From Candidatus Omnitrophota bacterium (GTDB taxonomy: Bacteria > Omnitrophota > Gorgyraeia > Gygaellales > Profunditerraquicolaceae), in the NCBI GenBank assembly GCA_026387335.1, contig JAPLLX010000005.1, forward strand, positions 1-59,531: a DNA stretch of 59,531 bases. The letters are read 5' to 3'. Shown here one piece after another: positions 17,703 through 27,262 of the stretch. Below the pieces are notes generated by a model. That model saw nothing but the letters and a program-made list of their open reading frames with translations, ran no database searches and had not been told where the DNA came from. A program made the position numbers and the translations under genes. How positions within the stretch are numbered: the stretch's first letter is position 1; the number at the start of each line of letters is the position of its first letter.

Positions 17703-19634
17703 CTAAATAATCTGGCCTTCAAGCCCTTTTATCTGGGTATTAATTTCGGAAATTTCTTTTTTAATCTCCTTAAGCCGGCGGCCATAATCGCGGGCTGCAT
17801 CGTCATCCCGCTGGTATATTTTGGGATCAGACAATGCGCGGGCCTTGGCATAACTTTCCAGCTCAAGCTTCTCTTTATTTTTCTCCAGCTTGATTATGTT
17901 TTCTCTTATGGCGGCATTATGAGCCTTGCGCTTCTTCTCTTCTTCTTTTTTACGCTTCTCTTCTTCTTTAACCCTTAACTTCTCTTGCTCAAGTCTTTGT
18001 TTTTGGGGGTCAACTTTTTGCTTACGCGCCTCAATGGTTACCTCAGCCTGGTCTTTTTTCTCAAAATAATAATCAAATGACCCGGGAAATTTTCTGATCC
18101 GGCCTTCCTTAACCTCATAAACAACGTTAGCGACCGAACGCACAAAATAAATATCGTGGCTTATAAATACCAGCGTTCCGGCATAGTCCGTAAGTGCCCG
18201 CACCAATGCCTCAACCGCGTCCACATCTAAATGCGTAGTCGGCTCATCCAAAAGCAGGAGATTCGGCGGATCAATCAGAAGTTTAGCCAGGATCAAACGG
18301 CTCTTTTCCCCACCGGAGAGAACTTTTACCTTTTTGTCCGCGTCATCTCCGGTAAATAAAAACGCTCCCAGCACTGTCCTAATAGTCTCCTCCGACATAA
18401 ACCCGGGCGCGGCAGTATAAGCTTCCTGTAAAACCGTATTCTCAACATTCAATACGTCGGTGCGGGTTTGAGAAAAATATCCTATATCTACATTGTGCCC
18501 GATAAGACGCTCTCCACTATCAATATTAATCACGCCTGCCAAAATTTTTAATAACGTGGATTTTCCCGCTCCGTTCTCTCCCGCCAGGACCGCTTTCTCA
18601 CCTTGGGTAATCTCAAAATCTAAATCTTGATATACCTTTATATCCGCGTAGTTTTTAGAGACTTTACCTAATGCAATAATTTTGTATCCGCTCCTTCTGG
18701 TCGCCGGAAACTTAAAATTCCCTATACTTTGGCGCGGGTCTTCCGGTAAAACAACAGCTTCCTTTTCTAAGCGCTCCAGAGCAGTGCGTTTTGCCCTTAC
18801 TGCCGCAGCCTTGTTCGGCTGGGCGTGAAAACGCGCGACAAACTTTTCCAACTGCTCTCTTTTCTTCTCCTGCTCTTTGAACTGTTTCTCAAGATGCGTG
18901 CGCCTCTCTCTTTTAATCTGCTCGTAATGCTCATAATTCCCTTCAACCTTAGCGATGGAGCCGTTTTCCAGAATTAGAGTGTAGTTGGTAACATCCGTCA
19001 GGAATGCCCGGTCGTGGGAAATCATAATGAATGTCCCGCGGAAAGTAGCTAAATAATCTTTAAGCCACAACGCGGCATTCAAATCCAGGTAATTGGTAGG
19101 TTCATCCAGAAGCAAGAGATCGTAATGATAGGTCAAGAGTTTAGCCAATAAACTACGCATCTGCCAGCCGCCGCTCATTTGATTTATGGGACGCGAGAAA
19201 TCTTTCTCTTTAAAACCCAACCCCATAAGGATTTTCTCAGCCTTATGCTCAAGCTCAAAGAAACCTAAAGTCTCTAAATCATGTAAAACATCCCCGTAGC
19301 GCTTAGAACCGGCCAAGTCAGTATTTTCCAACTCTTCTTTTTCGCGCGCCAAGCGCATAATCCGTTCATCGCCTTCAGTCAATTCCGCAAGCACGCTACG
19401 CTCGGACTTAAAACTGGCCTCCTGAGGAAGATATCCTATATGCGTATTCTTGTTTACTCTGATCTCGCCCGACGACGATTCTACTTCCCCTAAGATAAGC
19501 GCGAAAAGCGTAGTTTTGCCGGCGCCATTAGGCCCGATAAGCCCGATCTTCTCCCCTTTATTTATATTCAGAGAGATATTCTCAAACAGAATCTTGCGGC
19601 CGTAGTTTTTGGATAAGTTATTTATGGCAATCAT
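17703..19634 (-). CDS. ABC-F family ATPase (translation-factor-type, two ABC domains, C-terminal coiled coil)
   Basis: Two Walker A motifs (GPNGAGKTT, GENGAGKST), two LSGG signatures, no TM domain, and a Lys/Glu-rich C-terminal extension. Confidence 0.85.
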   Translation of the reverse strand: MIAINNLSKNYGRKILFENISLNINKGEKIGLIGPNGAGKTTLFALILGEVESSSGEIRVNKNTHIGYLPQEASFKSERSVLAELTEGDERIMRLAREKEELENTDLAGSKRYGDVLHDLETLGFFELEHKAEKILMGLGFKEKDFSRPINQMSGGWQMRSLLAKLLTYHYDLLLLDEPTNYLDLNAALWLKDYLATFRGTFIMISHDRAFLTDVTNYTLILENGSIAKVEGNYEHYEQIKRERRTHLEKQFKEQEKKREQLEKFVARFHAQPNKAAAVRAKRTALERLEKEAVVLPEDPRQSIGNFKFPATRRSGYKIIALGKVSKNYADIKVYQDLDFEITQGEKAVLAGENGAGKSTLLKILAGVINIDSGERLIGHNVDIGYFSQTRTDVLNVENTVLQEAYTAAPGFMSEETIRTVLGAFLFTGDDADKKVKVLSGGEKSRLILAKLLIDPPNLLLLDEPTTHLDVDAVEALVRALTDYAGTLVFISHDIYFVRSVANVVYEVKEGRIRKFPGSFDYYFEKKDQAEVTIEARKQKVDPQKQRLEQEKLRVKEEEKRKKEEEKKRKAHNAAIRENIIKLEKNKEKLELESYAKARALSDPKIYQRDDDAARDYGRRLKEIKKEISEINTQIKGLEGQII

Positions 19635-19637
19635 AGG

Positions 19638-20237
19638 TTAAATTGAGCGACGGGACTCTAAGGACTTAGATAGGGTGTTGGAATCCGCGTATTCCAGGTT
19701 TGAGCCGACAGGCAGGCCCAGACCAATGCGGCTTAATTTTACGCCCAGAGGCTTAATCAGCTTAGTAAGGTAAAGCGCGGTAGTCTCGCCTTCAGTATCG
19801 GCGTCTGTAGCAATGATAACTTCTTTAATATTATTCTGTCTTATCCGATCCATCAGGGTATCTATCTTTAAATCGCTGGGGCCTCGGCCTTCCAGCGGGG
19901 ATATAGAGCCCAATAAAACATGATAAACTCCGCTAAAACTCCCGGATTTTTCTATGGCCGTGACATCGGTAGGTTTCTCAACAATACAAATAACATCTTT
20001 ATGGCGCCGGTCATCCTTGCATATACTGCAAAATTCTTCTTCGCTTAAGTTATGGCATAAACTGCAAAAACGCACACTCTCTTTTACCTTACTTATTGCT
20101 TCAGCCAAAGTTTTTACCTCGTCCTTAGAAGAAGCAAGTATCCGGCTGACAATGCGTTCGGCGCTGCGCCTGCCGATCCCGGGAAGCTTAATCAAGCTTT
20201 CAATTAATTTTTCTATCGATTCAGTATAGTTTGCCAT
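19638..20237 (-). CDS. recR: Recombination protein RecR
   Basis: N-terminal HhH (LPGIGRRSAERI), a C4 zinc finger (CSLCHNLSEEEFCSIC) and a Toprim region (ICIVEKPTDV...ATDADTEGE). Confidence 0.9.
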   Translation of the reverse strand: MANYTESIEKLIESLIKLPGIGRRSAERIVSRILASSKDEVKTLAEAISKVKESVRFCSLCHNLSEEEFCSICKDDRRHKDVICIVEKPTDVTAIEKSGSFSGVYHVLLGSISPLEGRGPSDLKIDTLMDRIRQNNIKEVIIATDADTEGETTALYLTKLIKPLGVKLSRIGLGLPVGSNLEYADSNTLSKSLESRRSI

Positions 20238-21790
20238 TAAGCCTCTTTAATCAACCGGCCATGGAATGTATCCAGGATAGATTGGACAAAATGCCCGCCA
20301 GCTTCAGGCGATGCCGGCTTGGCCTCGGTGGAAAGTATGAAACTCACTCTTAAATGGGTATGCAAAGTCTCAAACAGGCTCTTCTCAATAATTTCTTTAT
20401 TCTCTTTTCGCTCAAGGGATTCCTTATGCAGAGAATGGCTTTTGGGAAAAGAAATTGTCAGCAAATTCCCCTTTAGACGCAGCGGCTCACCTTCTCTTAA
20501 ATACGTAGAGACAGACATCTTCACCCCGCTTAAGGCTTCAATAATATCCTGCCATACGCCTTTAATATTATCTAAAGTAACATTGATTACCTCTTCCGGC
20601 GGCTCGGATTTTAGTTCTTCTTTTGGCGTTTCCCTCACCAATGTCTTTTCTTTTAAAGGAGCGGCTTGTAGGAAAGGCTGTTTTATTTCGGTATTAACCG
20701 GGGATTTCTTGTTAGCCAGCCGGATCAAATTTACCTCTAAAGTAATACGCAGGGAATCTAGCCTTCTGGCCATCTCCAGCGTATTGGCCAAAATATTAAA
20801 GGCGCTGAATATCTCTTCTAAACTTAGACTTTGGCTTTGTTTAAGCAGCCTGTCGCAAATATCCTGCGGCAGGTCAATTAATTTAGCATCCCCTTTGGTG
20901 ACTTTAGCCACCATAAGGTTACGAAAATGCTCAATAAGATTATTTAAGAATACACTGATATCCTTACCTTCTTCGACCAGGTTATTAAATAAGTTTAAAA
21001 CCGCTTGGGGGTCTTTGGCAATTATCTTATCGGTTATCTCAAATAAAGCGTCCTGTTCAACCAAGCCTAATACCGAAATTACGTCTTTTAGGCAAACTTT
21101 ACCTTTGGAGAAGGAAACCAACTGATCAAGAATGGATTCGGCGTCGCGTAATGATCCATCGCTGGACTTGGCTATAGCAAACAAAACTTCCTTATCCACG
21201 CTTATCTTTTCTGTTTTAACAATATTCTCAAGCTGAGAAATTATCTCGATGACCGAAATCCTGCGAAAATCCAGGCGTTGGCAGCGCGAGAGGACTGTTG
21301 AAGGGATCTTATCCGGATGGGTAGTCGCGAAAATAAACTTAACAAAATCCGGCGGCTCTTCCAGAGTCTTTAGAAGCGCGTTGAATGCCGCAGTAGAGAG
21401 CATATGCACTTCATCAATTATATATACCTTAAACTTTCCTGAGGTAGGAGAGAACTTTACATTTTCGCGCAACGAACGCACGTCTTCTACGCCGGTATTG
21501 GACGCTCCGTCTATCTCAATGACATCCAGGGAACGACTCTGCGCTATATCCAGGCAGGAACCGCATTTACCGCAGGGTTCTAATGTCGGCCCGGATTTAC
21601 AATTAAGCGCTTTAGCTAAAATTCTTGCGGTGGAAGTCTTACCTATCCCGCGGGGTCCGGCAAATAAATAGGCGTGGGCAAGCCGGCTCTTTTGGAGCGC
21701 GCTCTTTAAGGTAGTAACAACATTTTTTTGGCCGACAATCTCATCAAAATTATTCGGCCGCCATTTTAAAGCAAAAACAGTATATGCCAT
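20237..21790 (-). CDS. dnaX: DNA polymerase III subunit gamma/tau
   Basis: AAA+ clamp-loader motifs (HAYLFAGPRGIGKTS, a zinc module CGKCGSC, DEVHMLS, SRCQRLDF). The stop codon overlaps the recR start. Confidence 0.9.
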   Translation of the reverse strand: MAYTVFALKWRPNNFDEIVGQKNVVTTLKSALQKSRLAHAYLFAGPRGIGKTSTARILAKALNCKSGPTLEPCGKCGSCLDIAQSRSLDVIEIDGASNTGVEDVRSLRENVKFSPTSGKFKVYIIDEVHMLSTAAFNALLKTLEEPPDFVKFIFATTHPDKIPSTVLSRCQRLDFRRISVIEIISQLENIVKTEKISVDKEVLFAIAKSSDGSLRDAESILDQLVSFSKGKVCLKDVISVLGLVEQDALFEITDKIIAKDPQAVLNLFNNLVEEGKDISVFLNNLIEHFRNLMVAKVTKGDAKLIDLPQDICDRLLKQSQSLSLEEIFSAFNILANTLEMARRLDSLRITLEVNLIRLANKKSPVNTEIKQPFLQAAPLKEKTLVRETPKEELKSEPPEEVINVTLDNIKGVWQDIIEALSGVKMSVSTYLREGEPLRLKGNLLTISFPKSHSLHKESLERKENKEIIEKSLFETLHTHLRVSFILSTEAKPASPEAGGHFVQSILDTFHGRLIKEA

Positions 21791-21804
21791 TGAATAAAAA
21801 TCCC

Positions 21805-22038
21805 TTATTTCTTATCTATCTTAATCTGCTGTACCTTGACACCCTTATCAGTCAGATAGTCAAAAGCCCGGTCTATCTCTTCCTTTTCTCCTTCCACCTG
21901 GAGTATCGACCATCCGGCGTCCATAGAAAAAGAGGCTTCAATGATATTTAAGTTAATATTAAAGTTCTTACAGAGATAGCAGATTATGGATTCATCCTGC
22001 AGCGTACCCGGAAAGGTGAGGCCTATTGACATCTTCAT
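21805..22038 (-). CDS. NIL-domain (ferredoxin-fold) small protein
   Basis: 77 aa. The pattern ...DESIICYLCKNFNINLNIIEASF...GWSILQVEGEKEEIDRAFDYL resembles the NIL domain of MetN-type proteins. Confidence 0.5.
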   Translation of the reverse strand: MKMSIGLTFPGTLQDESIICYLCKNFNINLNIIEASFSMDAGWSILQVEGEKEEIDRAFDYLTDKGVKVQQIKIDKK

Positions 22039-22079
22039 GATTCATACTCCTTGGTTGATATGCGCTTTGGTGACAACAT

Positions 22080-22165
22080 GCACTCCGCTCGCTAAACCGC
22101 TTGTTGCGGTTTTTAACGCTCACTTGAGTGCCGATTGATTTTTCCTTAACGGAAAAATCAATCGG
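22080..22165 (-). repeat. Conserved tRNA-Ser trailer element (copy after Ser-GCT)
   Basis: Perfect 15-bp hairpin 22131-22165 whose first 3 nt are the tRNA 3' end, then the shared CACTCAAG box, then a GCACTC...GAGTGC stem that encloses an extra AAACCGC/GCGGTTT hairpin. Confidence 0.6.
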
Positions 22166-22251
22166 AGAGACTGGGATTCGAACCCAGGGTCCCAGTTTCC
22201 CAGGACAACTCATTAGCAGTGAGTTGCTTTCGGCCGCTCAGCCATCTCTCC
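22163..22251 (-). tRNA. tRNA-Ser (anticodon GCT), long variable arm, no encoded CCA
   Basis: Acceptor GGAGAGA/TCTCTCC, anticodon arm ACTCA-CTGCTAA-TGAGT, long variable arm, T arm CTGGG-TTCGAAT-CCCAG. Confidence 0.9.
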
Positions 22252-22259
22252 CTGATCTA

Positions 22260-22721
22260 TTATATCTTAGCGCGTTTTTTTCTGAAAAAATCTACCAGTA
22301 AACCGCCGCAAGCCTCCTGCAGAATGCCGCCTTTTACTTTTATCCGGTGGTTTAACTTCTTGTGGCTGGCAATATTGGTTACTGAACCACAGGCCCCGGT
22401 TTTCGGGTCTTTAGCGCCAAAATATATGTTTTTTATCCGCGCCAGCACCGACGCTCCGGCGCACATACTACACGGTTCAATTGTAACATAGAGGGAAGCC
22501 TGGTTCAACCACTTTGTATTAAGGAAATTTGCCGCGGATGTAAGGGCGATCATTTCGGCGTGGGCAGTCGGGTCTTTTAACCGCTCGATCTGATTATGGC
22601 CACGGGCAATGATCTTACCGGCGTTGACAATAACCGCGCCTACGGGGACTTCATCTTCATCCAAGGCCTTCTCTGCTTCTTTGAGGGCCTCCTGCATATA
22701 CAAAATATCTTTTTTGAGCAT
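22260..22721 (-). CDS. tadA: tRNA-specific adenosine deaminase
   Basis: Deaminase zinc motifs HAEMIAL and PCSMCAGA. Start moved to the ATG at 22719-22721 (MLKKDILYMQEAL), because the longer track ORF overlaps the tRNA-Arg gene. Confidence 0.85.
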   Translation of the reverse strand: MLKKDILYMQEALKEAEKALDEDEVPVGAVIVNAGKIIARGHNQIERLKDPTAHAEMIALTSAANFLNTKWLNQASLYVTIEPCSMCAGASVLARIKNIYFGAKDPKTGACGSVTNIASHKKLNHRIKVKGGILQEACGGLLVDFFRKKRAKI

Positions 22722-22727
22722 AATTAA

Positions 22728-22801
22728 TGCGCCCAGCTGGGGTCGAACCAGCAACAACCAGCTCCGTAGGCTGGTGCTCTATCCAGTTGAGCTATGGGCG
22801 C
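22728..22801 (-). tRNA. tRNA-Arg (anticodon ACG)
   Basis: Acceptor GCGCCCA/TGGGCGC, anticodon arm CCAGC-CTACGGA-GCTGG, T arm GCTGG-TTCGACC-CCAGC, discriminator A. Confidence 0.9.
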
Positions 22802-22863
22802 AAAATCTTCAATTTGGAAGTTAATGATACCAGATTTTTTATATTCTGTAAAGGAAGAGTTCC

Positions 22864-24897
22864 TTAACCTTCCCTGCCTGAAGCTGACTTAAGTTCCTTG
22901 AGAATCTCAGGATGGATATCTGCGCCTAAACTCCTTAACTTATAGACATCTTCCCAGCTTTTGGCGTATTGCTGCGTCAAAAAATAGGCGATTGCCCGAT
23001 TATTGTAGGCTCCTCGATGCTGCGGATCTAGCTGGATAACCCTGGTGTAATTATAAATAGCCTGGTTAAGTTCGCCTTTGTCTTTCCAGAGATTACCCAG
23101 GACAAAATATACGGCAGCATATTTAGGGCTAAGGTTAACGGCTTTAGTGTAATCAGCGATAGCCCGGTCTAAATCTTGGTTACTTTGATAGGCGCTACCC
23201 CGGTTAAAATAAATATCCGCATCGTGAGGATCAATCCGCAGCGCCTGAGTATAATCTGCAATAGCTTGTTCGTATTTACCTTGTTGGGCGTAAATATTCC
23301 CTCTATCGTTATAAACCTTCAGATTATTGGGCTCTATCTTTAAGGCGCTATTAAAATCCGCAATAGCTTTTTCAGTATCGCCCAAGCTATTCCAGGCGCT
23401 GGCCCTGCCGCCATAGGCAGCAGCATGAAAATGATCTAATTGTATGGCCTTATCAAAGTCGGCGATAGCCTGGTCATATTTTTTTATCCCCCGATAGGCA
23501 TTACCGCGGTTATAGTAAGTCTCCGCGACAGCAGAATCAATACTTAAGGCTTTATTGTAGTCGGCGATAGCCTGGTCATACTTCTCTTCTGCCTGATAAG
23601 CGAACCCGCGATTATGGTACGGCCTTTCTTTATTGGGAGATTTTAGGACAGTATCATTCCAGAGGGTAAATTCATTTTTCCAGAGAGCATTCCTATTGTA
23701 GGCCTTGACTGAATAAACCAGAACCAACAGAGAAAAGAATAAAATAATGAATTTAACCGGCTTACCGCAGAAACAATAAAATAATCCGCTGGACACAAAA
23801 AGGCTAAAACCTACCATAGGTAAATAAAGCCTGTGCTCAAAGATGACATCTTTAATCGGGATAAGACTGGATTCCGGTAAGAGCGTAAGGAAAAACCAGA
23901 AAATTCCGAATGCAAGTAAGCGGTAACGCGCACGTAGCCGGAAAGCAAAAATCAAAATTAAAACTAATAAAACAAGGCTGGCCAATACGGGAAATTCCAT
24001 TAAACTCTTGGCAACGGGATAATCATAGTCTAAGTTTTGATTAACGGGTATAAAAAGAAGCCTCAGATACGTTGCCAATACATGGAATTGGGTAAAGAGG
24101 TATTGCAGGGGAGATATTTTTACGGTTGCGGCTTCGATGACCCGGCGCATCTGGATAAAATCCACGGATTTAGTCAACCACATGGTCAAAGGAATTACGG
24201 CGAGGGTGGCAAAAAACGGCATGAGCTTCTTCCAAGGCATCCCCTTCTCTTCTTTCAAAAAATAACTCTCATAGAGAAGAATCATAAAGGGTAAGGTAAT
24301 CGCCATCTCTTTGCTAAACATAGCCAGGAGCGCAACTAATAATGCCGCGGAATAACAGAATCTCTCCTGGATAGGTTTTTCTTGCGCTTGCTGTAACAGC
24401 CTGGCCTTAATATAAAGACACAAGGAAAGCAGATAAAACATAGTCGCCAGGGAAACCGCCCGCTGGATGATGTAAGTTACGCCTTGGGTCTGCAGCGGAT
24501 GAGCAACAAAAATCAAGGCCGCAAAAACAGCAATCAGGTCAGCCTTCTGGCTGATTTTTTCTTTTTTAAGGCCGGGGGCCGAAAAAGTCAAAAGCAGCAG
24601 CCACCAGACTAGGAGCGTAGAACACAGATGAATAATCAGGTTGACCAGATGATAACCGAAGAGACGCAGGCCATGAAAATGAAAATTAAGCGCTATGGAA
24701 AAATAGGTAATAAAGCGCATCGGCCAGAAATCCCAGATGCCTTTGAGGTTATGGATATTTCTTATAGAAGGATTTTCCGTGATGGATTTAGTGTCGTCAA
24801 AATGAAAGGAACTTGAGAAGGTGTTGGAATAAATTGCGCTTCCCAACAAAATTAATATCGCAATAATTAATAAATTATTCCTGAGGGATTTTTGCAT
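22864..24897 (-). CDS. Polytopic membrane protein with a C-terminal TPR array (PMT/GT-C-like N-terminal half)
   Basis: About 10 TM helices over roughly the first 400 aa, followed by 7 or more 34-aa TPR units with a recurrent (Y/L)(D/E)(Q/R/K)AIAD(Y/F) motif. Confidence 0.7.
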   Translation of the reverse strand: MQKSLRNNLLIIAILILLGSAIYSNTFSSSFHFDDTKSITENPSIRNIHNLKGIWDFWPMRFITYFSIALNFHFHGLRLFGYHLVNLIIHLCSTLLVWWLLLLTFSAPGLKKEKISQKADLIAVFAALIFVAHPLQTQGVTYIIQRAVSLATMFYLLSLCLYIKARLLQQAQEKPIQERFCYSAALLVALLAMFSKEMAITLPFMILLYESYFLKEEKGMPWKKLMPFFATLAVIPLTMWLTKSVDFIQMRRVIEAATVKISPLQYLFTQFHVLATYLRLLFIPVNQNLDYDYPVAKSLMEFPVLASLVLLVLILIFAFRLRARYRLLAFGIFWFFLTLLPESSLIPIKDVIFEHRLYLPMVGFSLFVSSGLFYCFCGKPVKFIILFFSLLVLVYSVKAYNRNALWKNEFTLWNDTVLKSPNKERPYHNRGFAYQAEEKYDQAIADYNKALSIDSAVAETYYNRGNAYRGIKKYDQAIADFDKAIQLDHFHAAAYGGRASAWNSLGDTEKAIADFNSALKIEPNNLKVYNDRGNIYAQQGKYEQAIADYTQALRIDPHDADIYFNRGSAYQSNQDLDRAIADYTKAVNLSPKYAAVYFVLGNLWKDKGELNQAIYNYTRVIQLDPQHRGAYNNRAIAYFLTQQYAKSWEDVYKLRSLGADIHPEILKELKSASGREG

Positions 24898-24909
24898 TAT
24901 GGGAGGTTC

Positions 24910-26250
24910 TTATTTCAGCAAATCCTGCCGCTTGGCGCCCAGGGCTTCAATCGTCGCCGGAGCGTTATCCGAATATCTACGGCAAAAATCAGTCACATCC
25001 TTCATGCTCTTTATACCCTGCTTAAGGAGTAGTTTGATGACATTAGCCCGGACCCTGATCTCTTCCATGATCGCGACTGTAGTCTTACCGCTTACGTGCG
25101 CCAGCCTGTCGCGGTATTCGCTGCTTACCGACGACTTACGGAATGTGTCCGAACCCAGATCATAAGTCCACAGCGAAGATAAAAGAATGGTTTTATCCGT
25201 CATACCGGCAGTCTCTACAAGTTCTCCGACCACGCGGGAAATCTTCCCGTCCATACCGTAACGGCGCATGATGATAAACACATCCACTAAATTTACCAGT
25301 ACCTCAGGAGAATTCATCGGTTCATTCTCAAGGCGGATAATTGTTTCGCGGGCAGTCGAGGCATGCAAGGTGCCCATGCAATATTTACCGATATTCATAG
25401 CGGTCATCAGGTCCTGCGCCTCCTGGCCCCTCACTTCACCGACGATAATCCTGTCCGGCCGCATGCGCAGGGAATTCTTTACCAGGTCCGCCAAGCTAGT
25501 GGTCTCATCACTCTCTAGGCGCGAGCAGTTCTCTTCAAGATCGGTATTTAATTCCAGGGTATCTTCAATAACGATGATCCTATCGTTGCGGGGGATAAAA
25601 CTAAAAAGCGCGTTGAGAAGGGTTGATTTTCCTGTTCCCGGGCCACCGGAGATGATGATGTTTGCCGGCTTAACCCTTAAGCCTTCAACATATAGCCAGA
25701 GTTGAGCGGCAATATCCGGGGTAAGCGTGTTATTCTCAATCAGCTCGATTATGCTTAAGGGCCTTTCTTTGGCGCGGGTAATGGTCACCTGCGGCCCGAA
25801 AGGAGAATAGACTATATTCGCCCTTCCTTTTATCTCCACCAGCTCAACATTGTTTATTTTATTGATGGTCTTTCTTCCGGAAAAAATAATCAATTTTTTT
25901 ATGAATAAATCCAGTTCTTCGCGGCTCTCAAACCTTTTGTCTGTTTTAACCAGGCCGGATTTTGTCTTATGCACATAAATCGGGGAGAGATGATTGATCA
26001 TGATATCTTCCACGTCGGGGTCATTCAGTAATTCATCGATCATGCGGTAAGAAAGGAATTCGTTAAATAAAGCTTCCAGATCCAGATTTTGTAATTTGCT
26101 GACCAGGCTCTGGCCATTCGCGGAATTATATACCTCTAAAAAAGTCTGGAATATGATCTCGCGCTTGCGCTCTATGTCCTGAAGCAAAAATATCTTTCCG
26201 CCTAATCTCTCCAGGATCTCGTTTTCTATCGCGATTCTTTCTTTTTCCAT
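24910..26250 (-). CDS. Type II/IV secretion-family ATPase (CpaF/VirB11/FlaI-like)
   Basis: Walker A ISGGPGTGKSTLLNAL, the Asp box and Walker B IIVIEDTLEL, LRMRPDRIIVGEVRG, and a His box GTLHAST. Confidence 0.8.
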   Translation of the reverse strand: MEKERIAIENEILERLGGKIFLLQDIERKREIIFQTFLEVYNSANGQSLVSKLQNLDLEALFNEFLSYRMIDELLNDPDVEDIMINHLSPIYVHKTKSGLVKTDKRFESREELDLFIKKLIIFSGRKTINKINNVELVEIKGRANIVYSPFGPQVTITRAKERPLSIIELIENNTLTPDIAAQLWLYVEGLRVKPANIIISGGPGTGKSTLLNALFSFIPRNDRIIVIEDTLELNTDLEENCSRLESDETTSLADLVKNSLRMRPDRIIVGEVRGQEAQDLMTAMNIGKYCMGTLHASTARETIIRLENEPMNSPEVLVNLVDVFIIMRRYGMDGKISRVVGELVETAGMTDKTILLSSLWTYDLGSDTFRKSSVSSEYRDRLAHVSGKTTVAIMEEIRVRANVIKLLLKQGIKSMKDVTDFCRRYSDNAPATIEALGAKRQDLLK

Positions 26251-26330
26251 GCGTGCTCCTCTCTTAAAAAAACTAAGTCCGCTTAACCTCGTCGCTAAAG
26301 TATATTATAATATAACCTACATATTGTCAA

Positions 26331-26858
26331 TTACCTTCTGAATGCGCTCCCTCTTTTAGCTTCCGTAGCCTTCTTCTGAATCTTAGATTCAGCGGCGTTT
26401 TTTCTCCAAGGTTTAGGTTTCTCCTTAAGGCCCTCTTTGTTCTTCGCTATAAAGCTAAGCGCGCGCCGCCCTGTTTTATACCTACCTCGCCTCTTAAAAT
26501 CCGGAATAAAGGCGGGTGCGGGCGCCTTACGCTCTTTATCTTCCCGGCTAGATTGCGCGCTTTTCTCAAGCTTAAGCCGCATTTTTTTCTTATATTCTCT
26601 TAAACGGTCAGATTCTGATTTTGGCCGCGCGGGACTCACATTAAGCAAACGACCCATAAATTCCTTGTTATTTAAAGCCAGAATCGCGGCGAGCGCCTCC
26701 TGCTCATCAGGCATATCCACAAAACCAAATCCCCTGGATTTAACTCCATTCTTCTCCTTAACAATAACCGCGGAAGAAACTTTCCCAAACCCTGCAAAAG
26801 CCTGCTGCATATCTGTCTCGGTGGCGTCAAAAGATAAATTCCCAACAAAGATGTTCAT
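26331..26858 (-). CDS. RRM-type RNA-binding protein with a basic C-terminal tail
   Basis: RNP2 IFVGNL and RNP1 SRGFGFVDM motifs, followed by an Arg/Lys-rich tail. Confidence 0.85.
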   Translation of the reverse strand: MNIFVGNLSFDATETDMQQAFAGFGKVSSAVIVKEKNGVKSRGFGFVDMPDEQEALAAILALNNKEFMGRLLNVSPARPKSESDRLREYKKKMRLKLEKSAQSSREDKERKAPAPAFIPDFKRRGRYKTGRRALSFIAKNKEGLKEKPKPWRKNAAESKIQKKATEAKRGSAFRR

Positions 26859-27256
26859 GGTTTCTCCGGTTTCTGTTCCATCTTATAAAGCGCGTTTTCA
26901 ATATATTTCTTGGCAGTCTTGTTATCAGGCTCAACTAAAAGCGCCCTATTAAACTCCCAAAGCGCTTCCTCGTATTCACCGGATTTATAAGCGGCAATTC
27001 CGGTGTCGCAGATATAATCAGCTACCACGGAGCTACCTAAAGGAGCATTCTCAATATCCCGCGCCTCTTTTTCTTTGTACTCCTGCCTAAGCTCTGCCCA
27101 TTTAAGAAAAGCTATTTCTTTTTCTGACTTGAGGAAGGCTTTTTTCTCCGCGATTTTTTGCTCTTGCTCCTGTTTATCAGCGCAAAATAACGGACTAAGG
27201 TTAAAAAAAGAACCCAAATTCAAGACTAAGAAAAACAGGAATATCTTTTTACACAT
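26855..27256 (-). CDS. Secreted small protein with one TPR-like unit
   Basis: Signal peptide, a charged coil, then GEYEEALWEFNRALLVEPDN. Confidence 0.5.
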   Translation of the reverse strand: MCKKIFLFFLVLNLGSFFNLSPLFCADKQEQEQKIAEKKAFLKSEKEIAFLKWAELRQEYKEKEARDIENAPLGSSVVADYICDTGIAAYKSGEYEEALWEFNRALLVEPDNKTAKKYIENALYKMEQKPEKP

Positions 27257-27262
27257 ATGTTA

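Noticed and set aside
17685-17978. 97-aa plus-strand ORF after tRNA-Asn
   Set aside because: It is antisense to the Lys/Glu-rich C-terminus of the ABC-F gene and translates as low-complexity Phe/Leu.
20319-21671. Long plus-strand ORFs (268 aa and 140 aa) inside dnaX
   Set aside because: They are antisense to an unambiguous dnaX reading frame, and their Ser/Leu-rich, low-complexity composition is typical of antisense frames.
21992-22491. Track ORFs 21992-22213 (-) and 22219-22491 (+)
   Set aside because: The first runs through tRNA-Ser(GCT) and its trailer. The second is antisense to tadA, whose deaminase motifs are clear.
22864-23650. Periodic DNA similarity in the 3' half of gene 22864-24897
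   Set aside because: It is explained by the 34-aa TPR units with the recurring AIAD(Y/F) motif and is not an independent DNA element.
26437-26952. 171-aa plus-strand ORF
   Set aside because: It is antisense to the RRM protein gene, whose RNP1 and RNP2 motifs are clear.
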